DNA from: Acidobacteriota bacterium
Lineage (GTDB): Bacteria > Acidobacteriota > UBA6911
DNA length: 64,000 nucleotides
Assembly: GCA_012729555.1 (NCBI GenBank)
Contig: JAAYCX010000051.1
Location: 17,882 to 81,881 of the forward strand
Direction of reading: 5' to 3'
Made by a program: the position numbers and the translations under genes. This document shows positions 9,598 through 19,012 of this stretch, piece after piece. Below the pieces are notes generated by a model. It was given only the letters and a program-made list of their open reading frames with translations. It was not told the origin of the DNA and ran no database searches. Numbering within the stretch: the stretch's first letter is position 1; each line of letters starts with the position of its first letter.

Positions 9598-9996
9598 ATG
9601 GAAACGTTTTCGGTCCGGACCCGGGAGCACACCCAGTTCCTGGACATCACCCGGAACCTCGAGACGGCCGCGGGGGCGGCGGGGATCCGGCGCGGAGTGC
9701 TGACGGCCTTCGTCCCGACCACCACCGCCGGGATCACCATCAACGAAAACGCCGACCCGAGTGTCACCGCCGACCTGGCCGCGGCCCTCGAGCGCTCCGT
9801 CCCCTGGCGGGCGGGTTACGCGCACGGCGAGGGGAACGCGGCGGCACATGTAAAGGCAAGCCTGATGGGGTCCTCGGTGCAGGTCCTGGTGGAAGACGGG
9901 CGCCTCGCGCTCGGCACGTGGCAGGCGGTCTATCTCTGTGAATTCGACGGCCCCCGCACCCGCGACGTCTGGGTCACGACCGTGCCGCACCCGTAG
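9598..9996 (+). CDS. YjbQ/UPF0047 family protein (secondary thiamine-phosphate synthase-like)
   Basis: Characteristic motifs GVLTAFVPTTTAGITINENADPSV and AHVKASLMGSSVQVLVEDGRLALGTWQAVYLCEFDGPRTR. 132 aa. Confidence 0.85.
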   Translation: METFSVRTREHTQFLDITRNLETAAGAAGIRRGVLTAFVPTTTAGITINENADPSVTADLAAALERSVPWRAGYAHGEGNAAAHVKASLMGSSVQVLVEDGRLALGTWQAVYLCEFDGPRTRDVWVTTVPHP

Positions 9997-11071
9997 GGAA
10001 AACCACGCGGAAGCAGGCCCCGCGCCCGGGCGGCGAGGAAACCCGGATCTCCCCGCCGTTGTTGCGGACCAGCTGGTAGGAGATCGACAGGCCCAGCCCG
10101 GTCCCCTCCCGCCTGGTGGTGAAAAAGGGGTCGAAGATCGACTCCATCTTTTCCGGATCGATCCCGGGGCCGTCGTCCTCGACCGCGATCTCGAGCGTGT
10201 CCCCCTCGAGCGCGCCGTGCATCCGGACTTCCCCGCCTTCCGGCTGCGCCTGGACGGCGTTGAGGAGGATGTTGATCAGCACCTGCTTCACCTGCTCCGG
10301 ATCCACGTCGAGCGTGGCCGCGGGAGCGTCCAGCCGCCCGACGATCGAAACCCCCCGGCGCCGGGCTTCGTCATCGCACAGGCGCGCCGCCGCCCCGGCG
10401 ATCTCGCGCCAGTCGGCCGGCATCCGCCGCGGGGGCGCGGGGCGGGAGAAGGCGAGGATTTCGCCCGTCAGCTTCTCCAGCCGGGCGACCTCCTGCCGGG
10501 CGATGCGCGCGAATTCGCCCCGCGGGTCGCCTTCCGGAAGGTCCTGCCCCAGGATCTCCACCGCCCCCTGGATCGATCCGAGGGGATTGCGGATTTCGTG
10601 AGCGATCCCGGCCGAAAGCCGCCCGAGCGACGCCAGCCGGTCCGAGTGCCGGATCTGCTCGAAGGCCTGGTTCAACCTTCCGTAGGCCTCCTCGAGATCG
10701 GATCCGGTCTTCTCGAGCCGCTCCCTGGTCATCCGTTGCGCCCGCGCCAGGTACCCCAGCAGCACGGCGATCACGAGGTACATGAGGATCTCGGCGTACT
10801 GCTGGAAGGCGTAGGTCGGATGGTGGCCCCAGTCCCGCCAGATGTGAACGAGGTAGAGCAGGGCCAGGCCGGCGGCCGTGACCACCCCGCCCAGGATCTC
10901 GAACCAGAAGCTGGCCAGGATGACGGGGAGGTAATAGCCGCGCTGATAGACCTGGTGCAGGTACATGTGCTCGGTACCGGTCCAGTAATGGAGCGCCGTG
11001 ATCGCCAGCACGGAGGCGGCGATGATGCCCTTCTTCGTCCAGGCGCCCCTCCCCCTGCCGGCCCGCGTCAT
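9974..11071 (-). CDS. sensor histidine kinase (4-TM sensor; HisKA + HATPase_c)
   Basis: H-box AHEIRNPLGSI. N/G boxes LNAVQA, EDDGPGI, GTGLGLSI. Start chosen at ATG 11071, which forms an ATGA overlap with the upstream response-regulator stop; the track's longer 449-aa start is a G/R-rich extension. Confidence 0.8.
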   Translation of the reverse strand: MTRAGRGRGAWTKKGIIAASVLAITALHYWTGTEHMYLHQVYQRGYYLPVILASFWFEILGGVVTAAGLALLYLVHIWRDWGHHPTYAFQQYAEILMYLVIAVLLGYLARAQRMTRERLEKTGSDLEEAYGRLNQAFEQIRHSDRLASLGRLSAGIAHEIRNPLGSIQGAVEILGQDLPEGDPRGEFARIARQEVARLEKLTGEILAFSRPAPPRRMPADWREIAGAAARLCDDEARRRGVSIVGRLDAPAATLDVDPEQVKQVLINILLNAVQAQPEGGEVRMHGALEGDTLEIAVEDDGPGIDPEKMESIFDPFFTTRREGTGLGLSISYQLVRNNGGEIRVSSPPGRGACFRVVFPTGAARS

Positions 11072-12471
11072 CCCTCCTCCGCCCCGTCGCTGCCCGGCAG
11101 GCCCCGGTACGGGCCCAGCCCGTACTTCTGCATCCGGTAGACCAGCACGTTGCGCGATACATGCAGAAACCGCGCCGCCCTGGTCTGGTTCCCCCCCGTC
11201 CGCTCGAGCGCCTCCGCGATGACGTCCTTCTCCAGTTCCTCGAGCACCACCCCTTCGGGCGGAAGGCTGATGGAGGCCCGGCCGATCGTCAGGCGGGGCT
11301 CCAGGATCTCGCCGGGCAGGCACTCCATGTCGGCCTCCTCCCCCCGGGAAAAGACGACCAGGCGCTCCACGACATTTTCAAGCTCGCGGACGTTTCCCGG
11401 CCAGTGGTGGGCTTCCAGCTTGTGGAGGACGGCCGGCCCGATCCGGAGGGGCGGGCGGTTGTAGCGGCGGCAGATCCGCTCGGCGAACAGCTGCACGAAC
11501 AGGGGGATATCCTCCCGGCGCTCGCGCAGCGGCGGCACCTCGAGCGGCGCCACGTTCAGGCGGTAGAACAGGTCCTGCCGGAACAGGCCGTCCGCGGCCA
11601 TCCGCCGGAGGTCCCTGTGCGTGGCGGCGATGATGCGCACGTCCACCTTGCGCGGGAGCGTTTCCCCGATGACGTCGATCTCGTGCTCCTGCACCACCCG
11701 GAGGATCTTCGCCTGCAGCTGCTGCGGCAGGTCGCCGATTTCGTCCAGGAACACGGTACCGCCGTCCGCCGCCTCGAACTTGCCGGTCCGGTCGGCCGCG
11801 GCGCCGGTGAAGGCCCCCTTGCGGTAGCCGAACAGCTCCGACTCCAGGAGCGCGTCGGGGATGGCGCCGCAATTGACGATCACGAACGGCTTGCCCGCGC
11901 GCGCGCTGTTGTAATGAATGGCCTTGGACAAAAGCTCCTTCCCGGTCCCGCTCTCCCCCGCGACCAGCACCGTGGTGTCGACGGCGGCGAGGCGGCCGGC
12001 CTGCCCGATGACGCGCCGCATCGCCTTCGCCCCCCCGACCAGGCCGTCGAACCGGAACGCGGCCGTCACCGCCTCCCGCAGGTTGCGGTTTTCCTCCACC
12101 AGGCCGGCGAAGGCGAGGGCCTGCCGGAGCGTATGCAGCAGGGTGTCCCGGTTGAGGGGCTTGGTCAGGTAATGGAAGGCCCCGGCCTTGACAGCCTCGA
12201 CGGCCGAATCGATCGTGCCGTAGGCGGTGACCACGATGACGGGCGTGTCGGGAGACCTGCGCCTGATTTCGAGCAGGAGCTCCTGGCCCGGGATGCCGGG
12301 CATGTCCAGGTCGGTCAGGACCGCGTGGCAGCGATGGCGGGAGAAGAGCTCGAGCGCCCGCTCGCCCCCTTCGGCCTCGAGCACCTCGTAGCCCGCCTGC
12401 CGGAGCTGGTATTGCAGCACGCGTCGGAAACTCGCGTCGTCGTCGGCGATCAGGATCAGGGGCGCGGGCAT
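11068..12471 (-). CDS. sigma-54-dependent Fis-family response regulator (REC + AAA+ sigma-54 activator + HTH)
   Basis: REC domain (ILIADDDASFRRVL...DLDMPG). AAA+ motifs GESGTGKE and GAFTGA. C-terminal Fis HTH (RAARFLHVSRNVLVYRMQKYGL). Confidence 0.9.
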   Translation of the reverse strand: MPAPLILIADDDASFRRVLQYQLRQAGYEVLEAEGGERALELFSRHRCHAVLTDLDMPGIPGQELLLEIRRRSPDTPVIVVTAYGTIDSAVEAVKAGAFHYLTKPLNRDTLLHTLRQALAFAGLVEENRNLREAVTAAFRFDGLVGGAKAMRRVIGQAGRLAAVDTTVLVAGESGTGKELLSKAIHYNSARAGKPFVIVNCGAIPDALLESELFGYRKGAFTGAAADRTGKFEAADGGTVFLDEIGDLPQQLQAKILRVVQEHEIDVIGETLPRKVDVRIIAATHRDLRRMAADGLFRQDLFYRLNVAPLEVPPLRERREDIPLFVQLFAERICRRYNRPPLRIGPAVLHKLEAHHWPGNVRELENVVERLVVFSRGEEADMECLPGEILEPRLTIGRASISLPPEGVVLEELEKDVIAEALERTGGNQTRAARFLHVSRNVLVYRMQKYGLGPYRGLPGSDGAEEG

Positions 12472-12585
12472 GGCAAAAGGTCTCCTGGTTCCATATTAGG
12501 GCGTACCGCGGCCGCGGCCTACCGAAATCTCGCGCCGGACTCCCGCGGCGGCCCGGGCCGCCCCCTGGGCGCCCCTTCAATTCGC

Positions 12586-12615
12586 TTGACCCGCCGCCCC
12601 GCATAACCTTAAAAT
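12586..12615 (+). promoter_or_regulatory. candidate sigma-70-type promoter (TTGACC-N18-TAAAAT) reading toward the ferredoxin/AOR operon
   Basis: TTGACC at 12586-12591 and TAAAAT at 12610-12615, in the 310-bp divergent intergenic region. Confidence 0.3.
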
Positions 12616-12781
12616 AGAAGGGCACATGAGCCTTGTTTTTCCGCATGATCAAATGAGACCGGACACCCTCCCCGGTCCCGTCCGGCTTCCTCCCCATGAA
12701 AAAAGGAATCCCCGAGACTGAGACAAACGGTCGCATGGTTCGTAAGTATATGTGAATGGTTTTCCAAAGAGGTGTTCATCC

Positions 12782-13549
12782 ATGGCTGGAGACAAAAAAC
12801 CTGAAACTGAAAAAACCGAGAAAAGGTTTTCCCGGCGCGCTTTCGTCGTAGGCGGCGGAACCGCCCTCGCCGGAGGAGCCCTGACCGCCGTATCCGGCGC
12901 CACCGCGATGGCGGCGCAGGGTACCAAGAAAAACGCCATCGACTATCCCCTTTCCACCAAGTACCTGGTCTACGACAGCAAGCACTGCGCCGGGTGTCTC
13001 AACTGCATGATGGCCTGCTCGATGGTGCATGAAGGGGCGACCAGCCTGTCGCTGGCCCGCATCCAGGTCCACCGGGCGGTGCTCAACCGGTACCCCCAGG
13101 ATATCGTGCAGAACATCTGCCGGCAGTGCCCGGAACCGCTCTGCGTGGACAACTGCCCCACCGGCGCCTGCCACGTCAGCGCCGAAAACGGCAACGTCCG
13201 GCTGATCGATCAGGAAAAATGCATCGGTTGCCAGACCTGCATGCGCTCCTGCCCCTACAGCCCCCACCGCCCGATCTGGAACCCCGTGACCAGGAAGGCC
13301 ACCAAGTGCGACCTGTGCGTCAACACCCCCTACTACAACAAGAAGGGGGGGCCCGACGGGACCCAGGCCTGCGTGGAAATCTGCCCGGCCAACGCGCTCG
13401 CCGTCGTGGACAAGCTCCCGGACCAGGCCGACAACCGGGGTTACGATCGTAACCTGCAGCCGCCGCCGAAGAAGGCGCCTCCTTTCGGAGCATTCCCTAA
13501 AGAGAAACCCAAAGCCAAAACCGAGGCGCCCAAAGCGCCCGCAAACTAG
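12782..13549 (+). CDS. Tat-signal 4Fe-4S ferredoxin-type electron-transfer subunit (YdhX-like)
   Basis: Twin-arginine motif FSRRAFVVGGG. Four CxxCxxCxxxCP-like clusters (CAGCLNCMMAC, CRQCPEPLCVDNCP, CIGCQTCMRSCP, CDLCV...CVEICP). AGAGG RBS 11 nt upstream of ATG 12782. Confidence 0.8.
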   Translation: MAGDKKPETEKTEKRFSRRAFVVGGGTALAGGALTAVSGATAMAAQGTKKNAIDYPLSTKYLVYDSKHCAGCLNCMMACSMVHEGATSLSLARIQVHRAVLNRYPQDIVQNICRQCPEPLCVDNCPTGACHVSAENGNVRLIDQEKCIGCQTCMRSCPYSPHRPIWNPVTRKATKCDLCVNTPYYNKKGGPDGTQACVEICPANALAVVDKLPDQADNRGYDRNLQPPPKKAPPFGAFPKEKPKAKTEAPKAPAN

Positions 13550-13566
13550 GGAAAGGAGGGGACGTT

Positions 13567-15621
13567 ATGGCTACACCAGGATTTGGTGGAAAGATTCTGC
13601 TGGTCAACCTGTCCACCAAGGAAATCAGGGCGCTCGATTCGGAAAAGTATGAAATGTACGGCGGCGGCCACGGCACGGCCACGGCCCTCTTCTGGGAGTT
13701 CTGCGTGGCCCCCGGAGACTGGGACCTGCAGGACGCCTTCCACCCCAGGAACATGGTCGCCCTGATGACGGGGGCGATGGCGGGCACCGGCACCCCGGCC
13801 GCCTCGCGCACCAGCGTCTCGGGCCTCTCCCCGCAGTGCTACCCGGTCCAGTGGTTCTGCCACAGCAACTTCGGCGGCGCCTTCGCCACGATGATGAAAT
13901 TCGCCGGCTGGGACGGCGTGGCCGTCATCGGCAAGGCGGAATCCCCCGTCTACATCAACATCGTCGACGACAAGGTCACCCTGGAAGACGCCAAGGCCTT
14001 ATGGGGGCTCGATTCCTGGAAGACCCAGGAGGAGATCTGGAAGCGCACCGGCGTCCGCTTCGGCGAGGAGTGGTGGCGCCTCGACGGGGGCTACTCCGTC
14101 CAGCGGCCCCAGATCGTGACGATGGGCCCGGCGGGCGAAAACCTGACCCGCGTGGCCTCTCTCATCCACGGCGGCGGCAGCGGCGCCGGGCAGGGCGGGT
14201 TCGGCGGGGTGTTCGGGTCCAAGAACCTGAAGGCGGTGGCCGTCGTCGGCACCGGGAGCATCAAGATCGCCGACCCCAAGGGGCTCAAGGACGCCCGGGA
14301 ATGGTGGGACAAGACCTGGCCCCGGATGGGCGGGGGCTTCGGCGGTTTCGGGCCCGCGTCGGTGTCCTCCTGCTGCGCCGGCTGCGGCATTCCGCGCATG
14401 TGCCACAACCGCGACCGCACCTACAGCGTGGACTCGGACGACTGCGCGGAATCGACCTGGTATTCGCTCGTCGACCACCAGACCCCGACGGAGATCAACC
14501 AGAAGGGGACCGACATCTGCCAGCAGCTAAGCCTGAACGCCATGGAAACCTGTTTCATGGGCCCCATGGCATTCCCGACCGACCACAACAAGGACTTCCC
14601 GATCCAGCCGAAGATTCCCGCCTACACCGCCCTGGGCTGGTACATGAAGAAGATGTACGACATGGGCATCATCGGCCCCGGCACGAAGTACGACACTTCC
14701 CCCCTGCCGATGGACGCCTTCAAGAGCGAACAGTTCATGGAGATCTACGGCATCGCCCTGGCCAACCGGATCGGCATCGGCGACATGCTGGCGGAAGGGA
14801 CGGCGCGCTTCGCCGAGAAGCTCGGAAGGACGGACGATTTCAACACCCTCTGCCGGCTGACCATGTGGGGGTACCAGGACCACTGGTCCATGCCCGGGGT
14901 CGAATGGGCCTACGGCAACCTGCTCGACTCGCGCGACATCAACAACCACGACATGTCCGTGGGGCGCAAGCGCGGGATCACGTGCGAGCAGTTCGTCAAC
15001 ATCCTCGCCGAGCGGACGCTGGGGAACGACCCCTTCTGGTTCGACTACACCTGGGAGGGGGACCGGGCCTACAAGACCGGGATCTACTCCGAATCCACCG
15101 CCAAGTGGGTGGCCTGGCACCAGCACTACTGGAACTACTACAAGGAATCGGTCGGCTTCTGCGACTGGGGCTACTCCCAGCTTTACAACCAGGCCCACGC
15201 CAAGGGTTACGGGCACACGCCGGAGATCGAACCCAGGTACCTCAACGCCGTCACCGGGCGCAACCACACCTTCCAGGACGGGCTGGAAATCGGCCGGCGC
15301 GCCTGGAACCTGAAGCGGGCGATCTTCGTCCTGCAGGGGCGCCACCGCAAGATGGAAAACTTCACCGGGTACTACTACCGGCCGGGGGCTTCCTACTGCG
15401 GCTACGCCACCGAGCTCCCCATCTATGACGGGTCCCAGTGGGACTGGCAGAACTGCCGGGAGCTCTTCTTCACCCGGGAAGGGGTGGACACCTTCAAAAC
15501 CCTCTTCTACAAGGAAGAGGGGTGGAACCCCGATTCGGGCTACCCCACCCGCAAGACGCTGGAGGATCTCGACATGAAGTATGCGGCCGACCTCCTCCAG
15601 TCCAAGGACAAACTGGGGTAG
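13567..15621 (+). CDS. aldehyde:ferredoxin oxidoreductase (AOR) family W/Mo-pterin enzyme, YdhV-like
   Basis: AOR N-terminal domain (GKILLVNLSTKEIRALDSEKYEMYGGGHGTATALF). Fe-S Cys motif SSCCAGCGIPRMC. C-terminus YKEEGWNPDSGYPTRKTLEDL matches my recollection of E. coli YdhV. Paired with the YdhX-like Tat ferredoxin. Confidence 0.8.
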   Translation: MATPGFGGKILLVNLSTKEIRALDSEKYEMYGGGHGTATALFWEFCVAPGDWDLQDAFHPRNMVALMTGAMAGTGTPAASRTSVSGLSPQCYPVQWFCHSNFGGAFATMMKFAGWDGVAVIGKAESPVYINIVDDKVTLEDAKALWGLDSWKTQEEIWKRTGVRFGEEWWRLDGGYSVQRPQIVTMGPAGENLTRVASLIHGGGSGAGQGGFGGVFGSKNLKAVAVVGTGSIKIADPKGLKDAREWWDKTWPRMGGGFGGFGPASVSSCCAGCGIPRMCHNRDRTYSVDSDDCAESTWYSLVDHQTPTEINQKGTDICQQLSLNAMETCFMGPMAFPTDHNKDFPIQPKIPAYTALGWYMKKMYDMGIIGPGTKYDTSPLPMDAFKSEQFMEIYGIALANRIGIGDMLAEGTARFAEKLGRTDDFNTLCRLTMWGYQDHWSMPGVEWAYGNLLDSRDINNHDMSVGRKRGITCEQFVNILAERTLGNDPFWFDYTWEGDRAYKTGIYSESTAKWVAWHQHYWNYYKESVGFCDWGYSQLYNQAHAKGYGHTPEIEPRYLNAVTGRNHTFQDGLEIGRRAWNLKRAIFVLQGRHRKMENFTGYYYRPGASYCGYATELPIYDGSQWDWQNCRELFFTREGVDTFKTLFYKEEGWNPDSGYPTRKTLEDLDMKYAADLLQSKDKLG

Positions 15622-15645
15622 ACCCTGTCCCCACGGATCCGACCA

Positions 15646-15682
15646 GGCCTCCGGAGCGAGAGTTCCGGAGGCCTTTTTTTTT
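15646..15682 (+). terminator. rho-independent terminator after the AOR gene
   Basis: GGCCTCCGGA-gcgagagt-TCCGGAGGCC followed by T9. Confidence 0.7.
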
Positions 15683-15789
15683 GCTGCCGCCGCCCCGCCG
15701 TTTGCGATAACGTATCAGTCCTCAGCCATCCTGAAGAATGGAAGGATAGAACCCGCCCCGGACGCCGGGGCCCAGACAGGGAGCAGCCG

Positions 15790-17613
15790 ATGAAAAAAAC
15801 GATCGTTCGTCTCTGTATTCTACTCGCCGCCGGAGCCCTGGCCGCCGCCTGTTCCAGGGGCCCGAAGCCGCCGGACCGCGCGGCCCTCGTCAAGATGATG
15901 GAGCGATATCTCGACGCCGTCGTGCGCCACGACCCCACCGGGCTCCCCTTCGCGCGCGACGTCAGGTTGGTGGAGAACATCCAGCCCGTCCAGGTGGGCA
16001 AAGGGCTCTGGGAAACCGCCACCTCCGGCCCGACCGAGTTTAAAATCTATGTCGCCGACCCCGCAGCCGGGCAGGTGGGATTCATGGGGGTGATCGGCGA
16101 CAAGGGGAAACCGGCCCTCCTGGGGGCGCGGCTCAAGGTGGTCGGCGGCAGGATCACCGAAATCGACCACATGGTCTCCCCCCTGACGGGCGAGCTCCCG
16201 GCAGGCCTCCTCGAGCCGCGCGCGGGACTGGTGACTCCCCTCGATCCCTCCGAACGGGTGTCACGCGGCGAGATGCTCCGGGCGGCCAACGCCTACTACG
16301 ACGCGATCGAGCAGAGCGACGGCGGCGTGGCCCCCTTCGCCGACGAGTGCCAGCGCCGTGAAAACGGCGTCACCGCGGCCAACAACCAGGATCCCCCTCC
16401 GCCGGGGCCGACCCCCTTCGGCGCCATGGCCGCCTTCGGCCGGATGAAGTGCGCCGAGCAGCTCTCGACCGGGATCATGGGCTACATCACCGACATCAAC
16501 CAGCGGCGCCCCGTCGCCGTGGACGAGGAGATGGGCCTGGTCATGGTCTATTCGGTCTTCAACCACGACGGCGAACCGAACCCGCTCAAGATCCGCAACA
16601 TGCCCGGCGTGACCGAGAGCCCCAACGACTGGGGGGAGTTCACCGTCCCCGCCGCCCACATCTACAAGATCCGAAACGGCAGGATCCATGAGATCGAGGC
16701 GATGGCCATCGTGGGCGTCCCCTACCGGGCGAGCGACGGCTGGAACCTTACCCGGCAGGGCCTCGTCGACCTCATGGAGGACTACCTGGCCGCGCTGGCC
16801 CGGCACGACCCCTCCGGGCTCCCCCTGGCCCGCGACGTGAAGCTGGTGGAAAACACGCGTAAGATCCCCGTCGGGAAGGGGCTCTGGGAAACGGCGAGTT
16901 CCGGGCCGACCGACTTCAAGATCTACGCGGCCGACCCCGACAGCGGGGAGATCGGCTTCATGGGCGTGATCGGGGAGAAGGGAAAACCGACCATCGCCGC
17001 CGTCCGGCTGAAGGTGGCCGACCGCAGGATCACGGAGATCGACCACCTGGTGGTCCACGGCGACGGGCCGCTCAACCCGAACATGTCGAACCTGCGCCCG
17101 GCGCTGCTCGAGCGGGTGCCGAAGCTCGAGCGGGTGCCGCGCGGGAAGATGCGGGAGATCGCCAATTCCTACTACGAGGCGATCGTGCAGGACGACGGCA
17201 ATGTCGCCCCCTTCGCCGACGAGTGCGAGCGGAGGGAGAACGGCGGCACGAGCGCGGGCGACCGGACCCCGCCGCAACCGGGCGAGGACGACTTCTCCCC
17301 CTTCCGCCGGATGACGTGCGGCGCGCAGCTCTCGACCGGCGTGATGAGCTACATCACCGACATCGACAGCCGCCGCATCCTCGCCCTGGACGAGGAGAAG
17401 GGGCTGGCCTTCGCCTTCTCCATCTTCCGCCACGACGGGGAGCCGAAGGTGATGAACATCGTCGGCGTCCCCGGCATCACCGAGCGCAAGAACGACTACG
17501 GTCCCTTCGACCTCCCCGCCGCCCACGTCTTCAAGATCCGCAACAACCGGATCTACGAGATCGAGGCGGTCGGCTACATGGACAAGCACGGCATCCCGAG
17601 CGGCTGGGAATAG
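15790..17613 (+). CDS. lipoprotein composed of two tandem ~300-aa repeats of an uncharacterized domain
   Basis: Signal peptide plus lipobox (LLAAGALAAACS). Residues ~30-300 and ~300-607 are clearly homologous (VGKGLWETATSGPTEFKIY/VGKGLWETASSGPTDFKIY; APFADECQRRENG/APFADECERRENG; KIRNGRIHEIEA/KIRNNRIYEIEA). A third copy is at 62076-63092. Confidence 0.7.
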   Translation: MKKTIVRLCILLAAGALAAACSRGPKPPDRAALVKMMERYLDAVVRHDPTGLPFARDVRLVENIQPVQVGKGLWETATSGPTEFKIYVADPAAGQVGFMGVIGDKGKPALLGARLKVVGGRITEIDHMVSPLTGELPAGLLEPRAGLVTPLDPSERVSRGEMLRAANAYYDAIEQSDGGVAPFADECQRRENGVTAANNQDPPPPGPTPFGAMAAFGRMKCAEQLSTGIMGYITDINQRRPVAVDEEMGLVMVYSVFNHDGEPNPLKIRNMPGVTESPNDWGEFTVPAAHIYKIRNGRIHEIEAMAIVGVPYRASDGWNLTRQGLVDLMEDYLAALARHDPSGLPLARDVKLVENTRKIPVGKGLWETASSGPTDFKIYAADPDSGEIGFMGVIGEKGKPTIAAVRLKVADRRITEIDHLVVHGDGPLNPNMSNLRPALLERVPKLERVPRGKMREIANSYYEAIVQDDGNVAPFADECERRENGGTSAGDRTPPQPGEDDFSPFRRMTCGAQLSTGVMSYITDIDSRRILALDEEKGLAFAFSIFRHDGEPKVMNIVGVPGITERKNDYGPFDLPAAHVFKIRNNRIYEIEAVGYMDKHGIPSGWE

Positions 17614-17641
17614 CGCCGCCCGGTTTCTTTCCGCATTCCAG

Positions 17642-17670
17642 GGGCGGGCCATCGGGCCCGCCCTTTTTTT
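17642..17670 (+). terminator. rho-independent terminator
   Basis: GGGCGGGCC-atcg-GGCCCGCCC followed by T7, between convergent genes. Confidence 0.7.
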
Positions 17671-17680
17671 CGGGGATGGC

Positions 17681-19012
17681 CTACTCCGCGCCCGAGAGTT
17701 CCAGTTCGTAGACGAAGTCGGGACGGCCCTCGCCGCGCAGGTCGCTGACCCGGAGATAATAGGTCCCCGGGGTGGAAATGTAGAAATTCGAGATCCCCGA
17801 ATCCAGGACCACCCCCAGCTCCAGGTCGTCGTTGTACGTCATCCGGGCGCAGTCCGAGTCGAGGATTTCGAGGAAGGAATCGAGAAAGATGTCGGGGCTG
17901 GTGGGGTCCCCGGACAGCGACAGGCGCTGGGCCAGGATCCCGGCCGTGATCCTGGCCCCCGCGCCCGCCTGGAACCGGTAGACATCGACGTCGCCGTAGG
18001 GGCTGAGGGAGGCGCGGATCACGCCGTTCGATATCGGGCTGGCCGTCGTCGGGCCGCAGGCGTCGTTGCGCCCCGGCGCCGCGCTGCGGACCGTGACCGC
18101 AAGGGTCTCCGCGGCCGTCGAGCCCGTGGAGTCGGTCACCCTCGCCCCGAACTGGAAGGCGGTGTCGATCGTGACGGCGGGCGCCGTCCCCGTCATCGCG
18201 CCGTCGGCGGAAAGGGCGATCCCCGGGGGGGGCGCGCCGGACGCGAGCGCCCAGGAATACGGGGGAATCCCCCCCTCGGCCCGGAGCGCGTAGTCGTAAG
18301 TCCTGCCGGAAGCGCCCGGAGGGAGGCTCCGGGTCGACACGTAGACGCCGGGCGCGGCGACGGAGAGGGCGATCTGGCCGCTCGTCCCCCCGCCCGGGGA
18401 GGGGTTGCGCACCTGGACCGGCACACTCCGTGCCGCGGCCAGGTCCGCCGCGGTCAGCGCCACCGCCAGGCGGGTCGAATTGATGAAGGTGCCGGTCCGG
18501 CCGGCGCCGTCGATCTGGACGACGGAGCCGGACACGAAATTCTCCCCGTAGAGAACCAGGGTCGTGGCGGGACTTCCGGCCGTGATCCGGAGCGGGTTCA
18601 GGGAATAGAGGACCGGGACCGGGTTGTTGATGGCAAAGCTGGATTCGGCCGAGAATTCGACGCTGGGGGAATAGTTGGCCACCACGATCTTGGCCGTCCC
18701 AGCCGTGGCCACGTCCGCCGAGGAGATGTCGGCCCGCACCTCGGTGGCGCTCACATAAGCGGTGGGGCGCTCGCTGCCGTTCCAGCGCACCTTCGCGCCG
18801 CTCGTGAAGTTCTTTCCCTTCACCGTCAGGGTGAAGGTGATGGAGCCCGCCTGGACTCCCGCGGGCGAAAGGTAGGTGATCGTCGGGCGCGTGTCCGCCT
18901 GGGGCGGGGTTATGCCGCCCGCGGGGGTGGAGGACCCGCCCCCCCCGCCGCATCCGGCGGCGAACAGGATCAGGAGGAGCGCCGTCGCGCCATGAAGCCG
19001 GGCCCGCATCAT
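17681..19012 (-). CDS. exported lipoprotein with repeated IPT/TIG-like Ig domains, a putative-Ig (He_PIG-like) segment and C-terminal PPC (pre-peptidase C-terminal) domain
   Basis: Lipobox LFAAGCGGG. Three ~85-aa repeats (PTITYLSPAGVQAGSITFTLTVKGKNF / PVLYSLNPLRITAGSPATTLVLYGENF ...). GGIPPYSWAL motif. C-terminal DVYRF...YYLRVSD is typical of the PPC domain. Confidence 0.6.
   Translation of the reverse strand: MMRARLHGATALLLILFAAGCGGGGGSSTPAGGITPPQADTRPTITYLSPAGVQAGSITFTLTVKGKNFTSGAKVRWNGSERPTAYVSATEVRADISSADVATAGTAKIVVANYSPSVEFSAESSFAINNPVPVLYSLNPLRITAGSPATTLVLYGENFVSGSVVQIDGAGRTGTFINSTRLAVALTAADLAAARSVPVQVRNPSPGGGTSGQIALSVAAPGVYVSTRSLPPGASGRTYDYALRAEGGIPPYSWALASGAPPPGIALSADGAMTGTAPAVTIDTAFQFGARVTDSTGSTAAETLAVTVRSAAPGRNDACGPTTASPISNGVIRASLSPYGDVDVYRFQAGAGARITAGILAQRLSLSGDPTSPDIFLDSFLEILDSDCARMTYNDDLELGVVLDSGISNFYISTPGTYYLRVSDLRGEGRPDFVYELELSGAE

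Noticed and set aside
12472-12781. Looked for a sigma-54 -24/-12 promoter (TGGCAC-N5-TTGC) upstream of the ferredoxin/AOR operon because an NtrC-type activator is divergent
   Set aside because: The only GGCAC (12621-12625) lacks a correctly spaced GC/TTGC -12 element. No convincing sigma-54 promoter is visible by eye, so none is reported as a feature.
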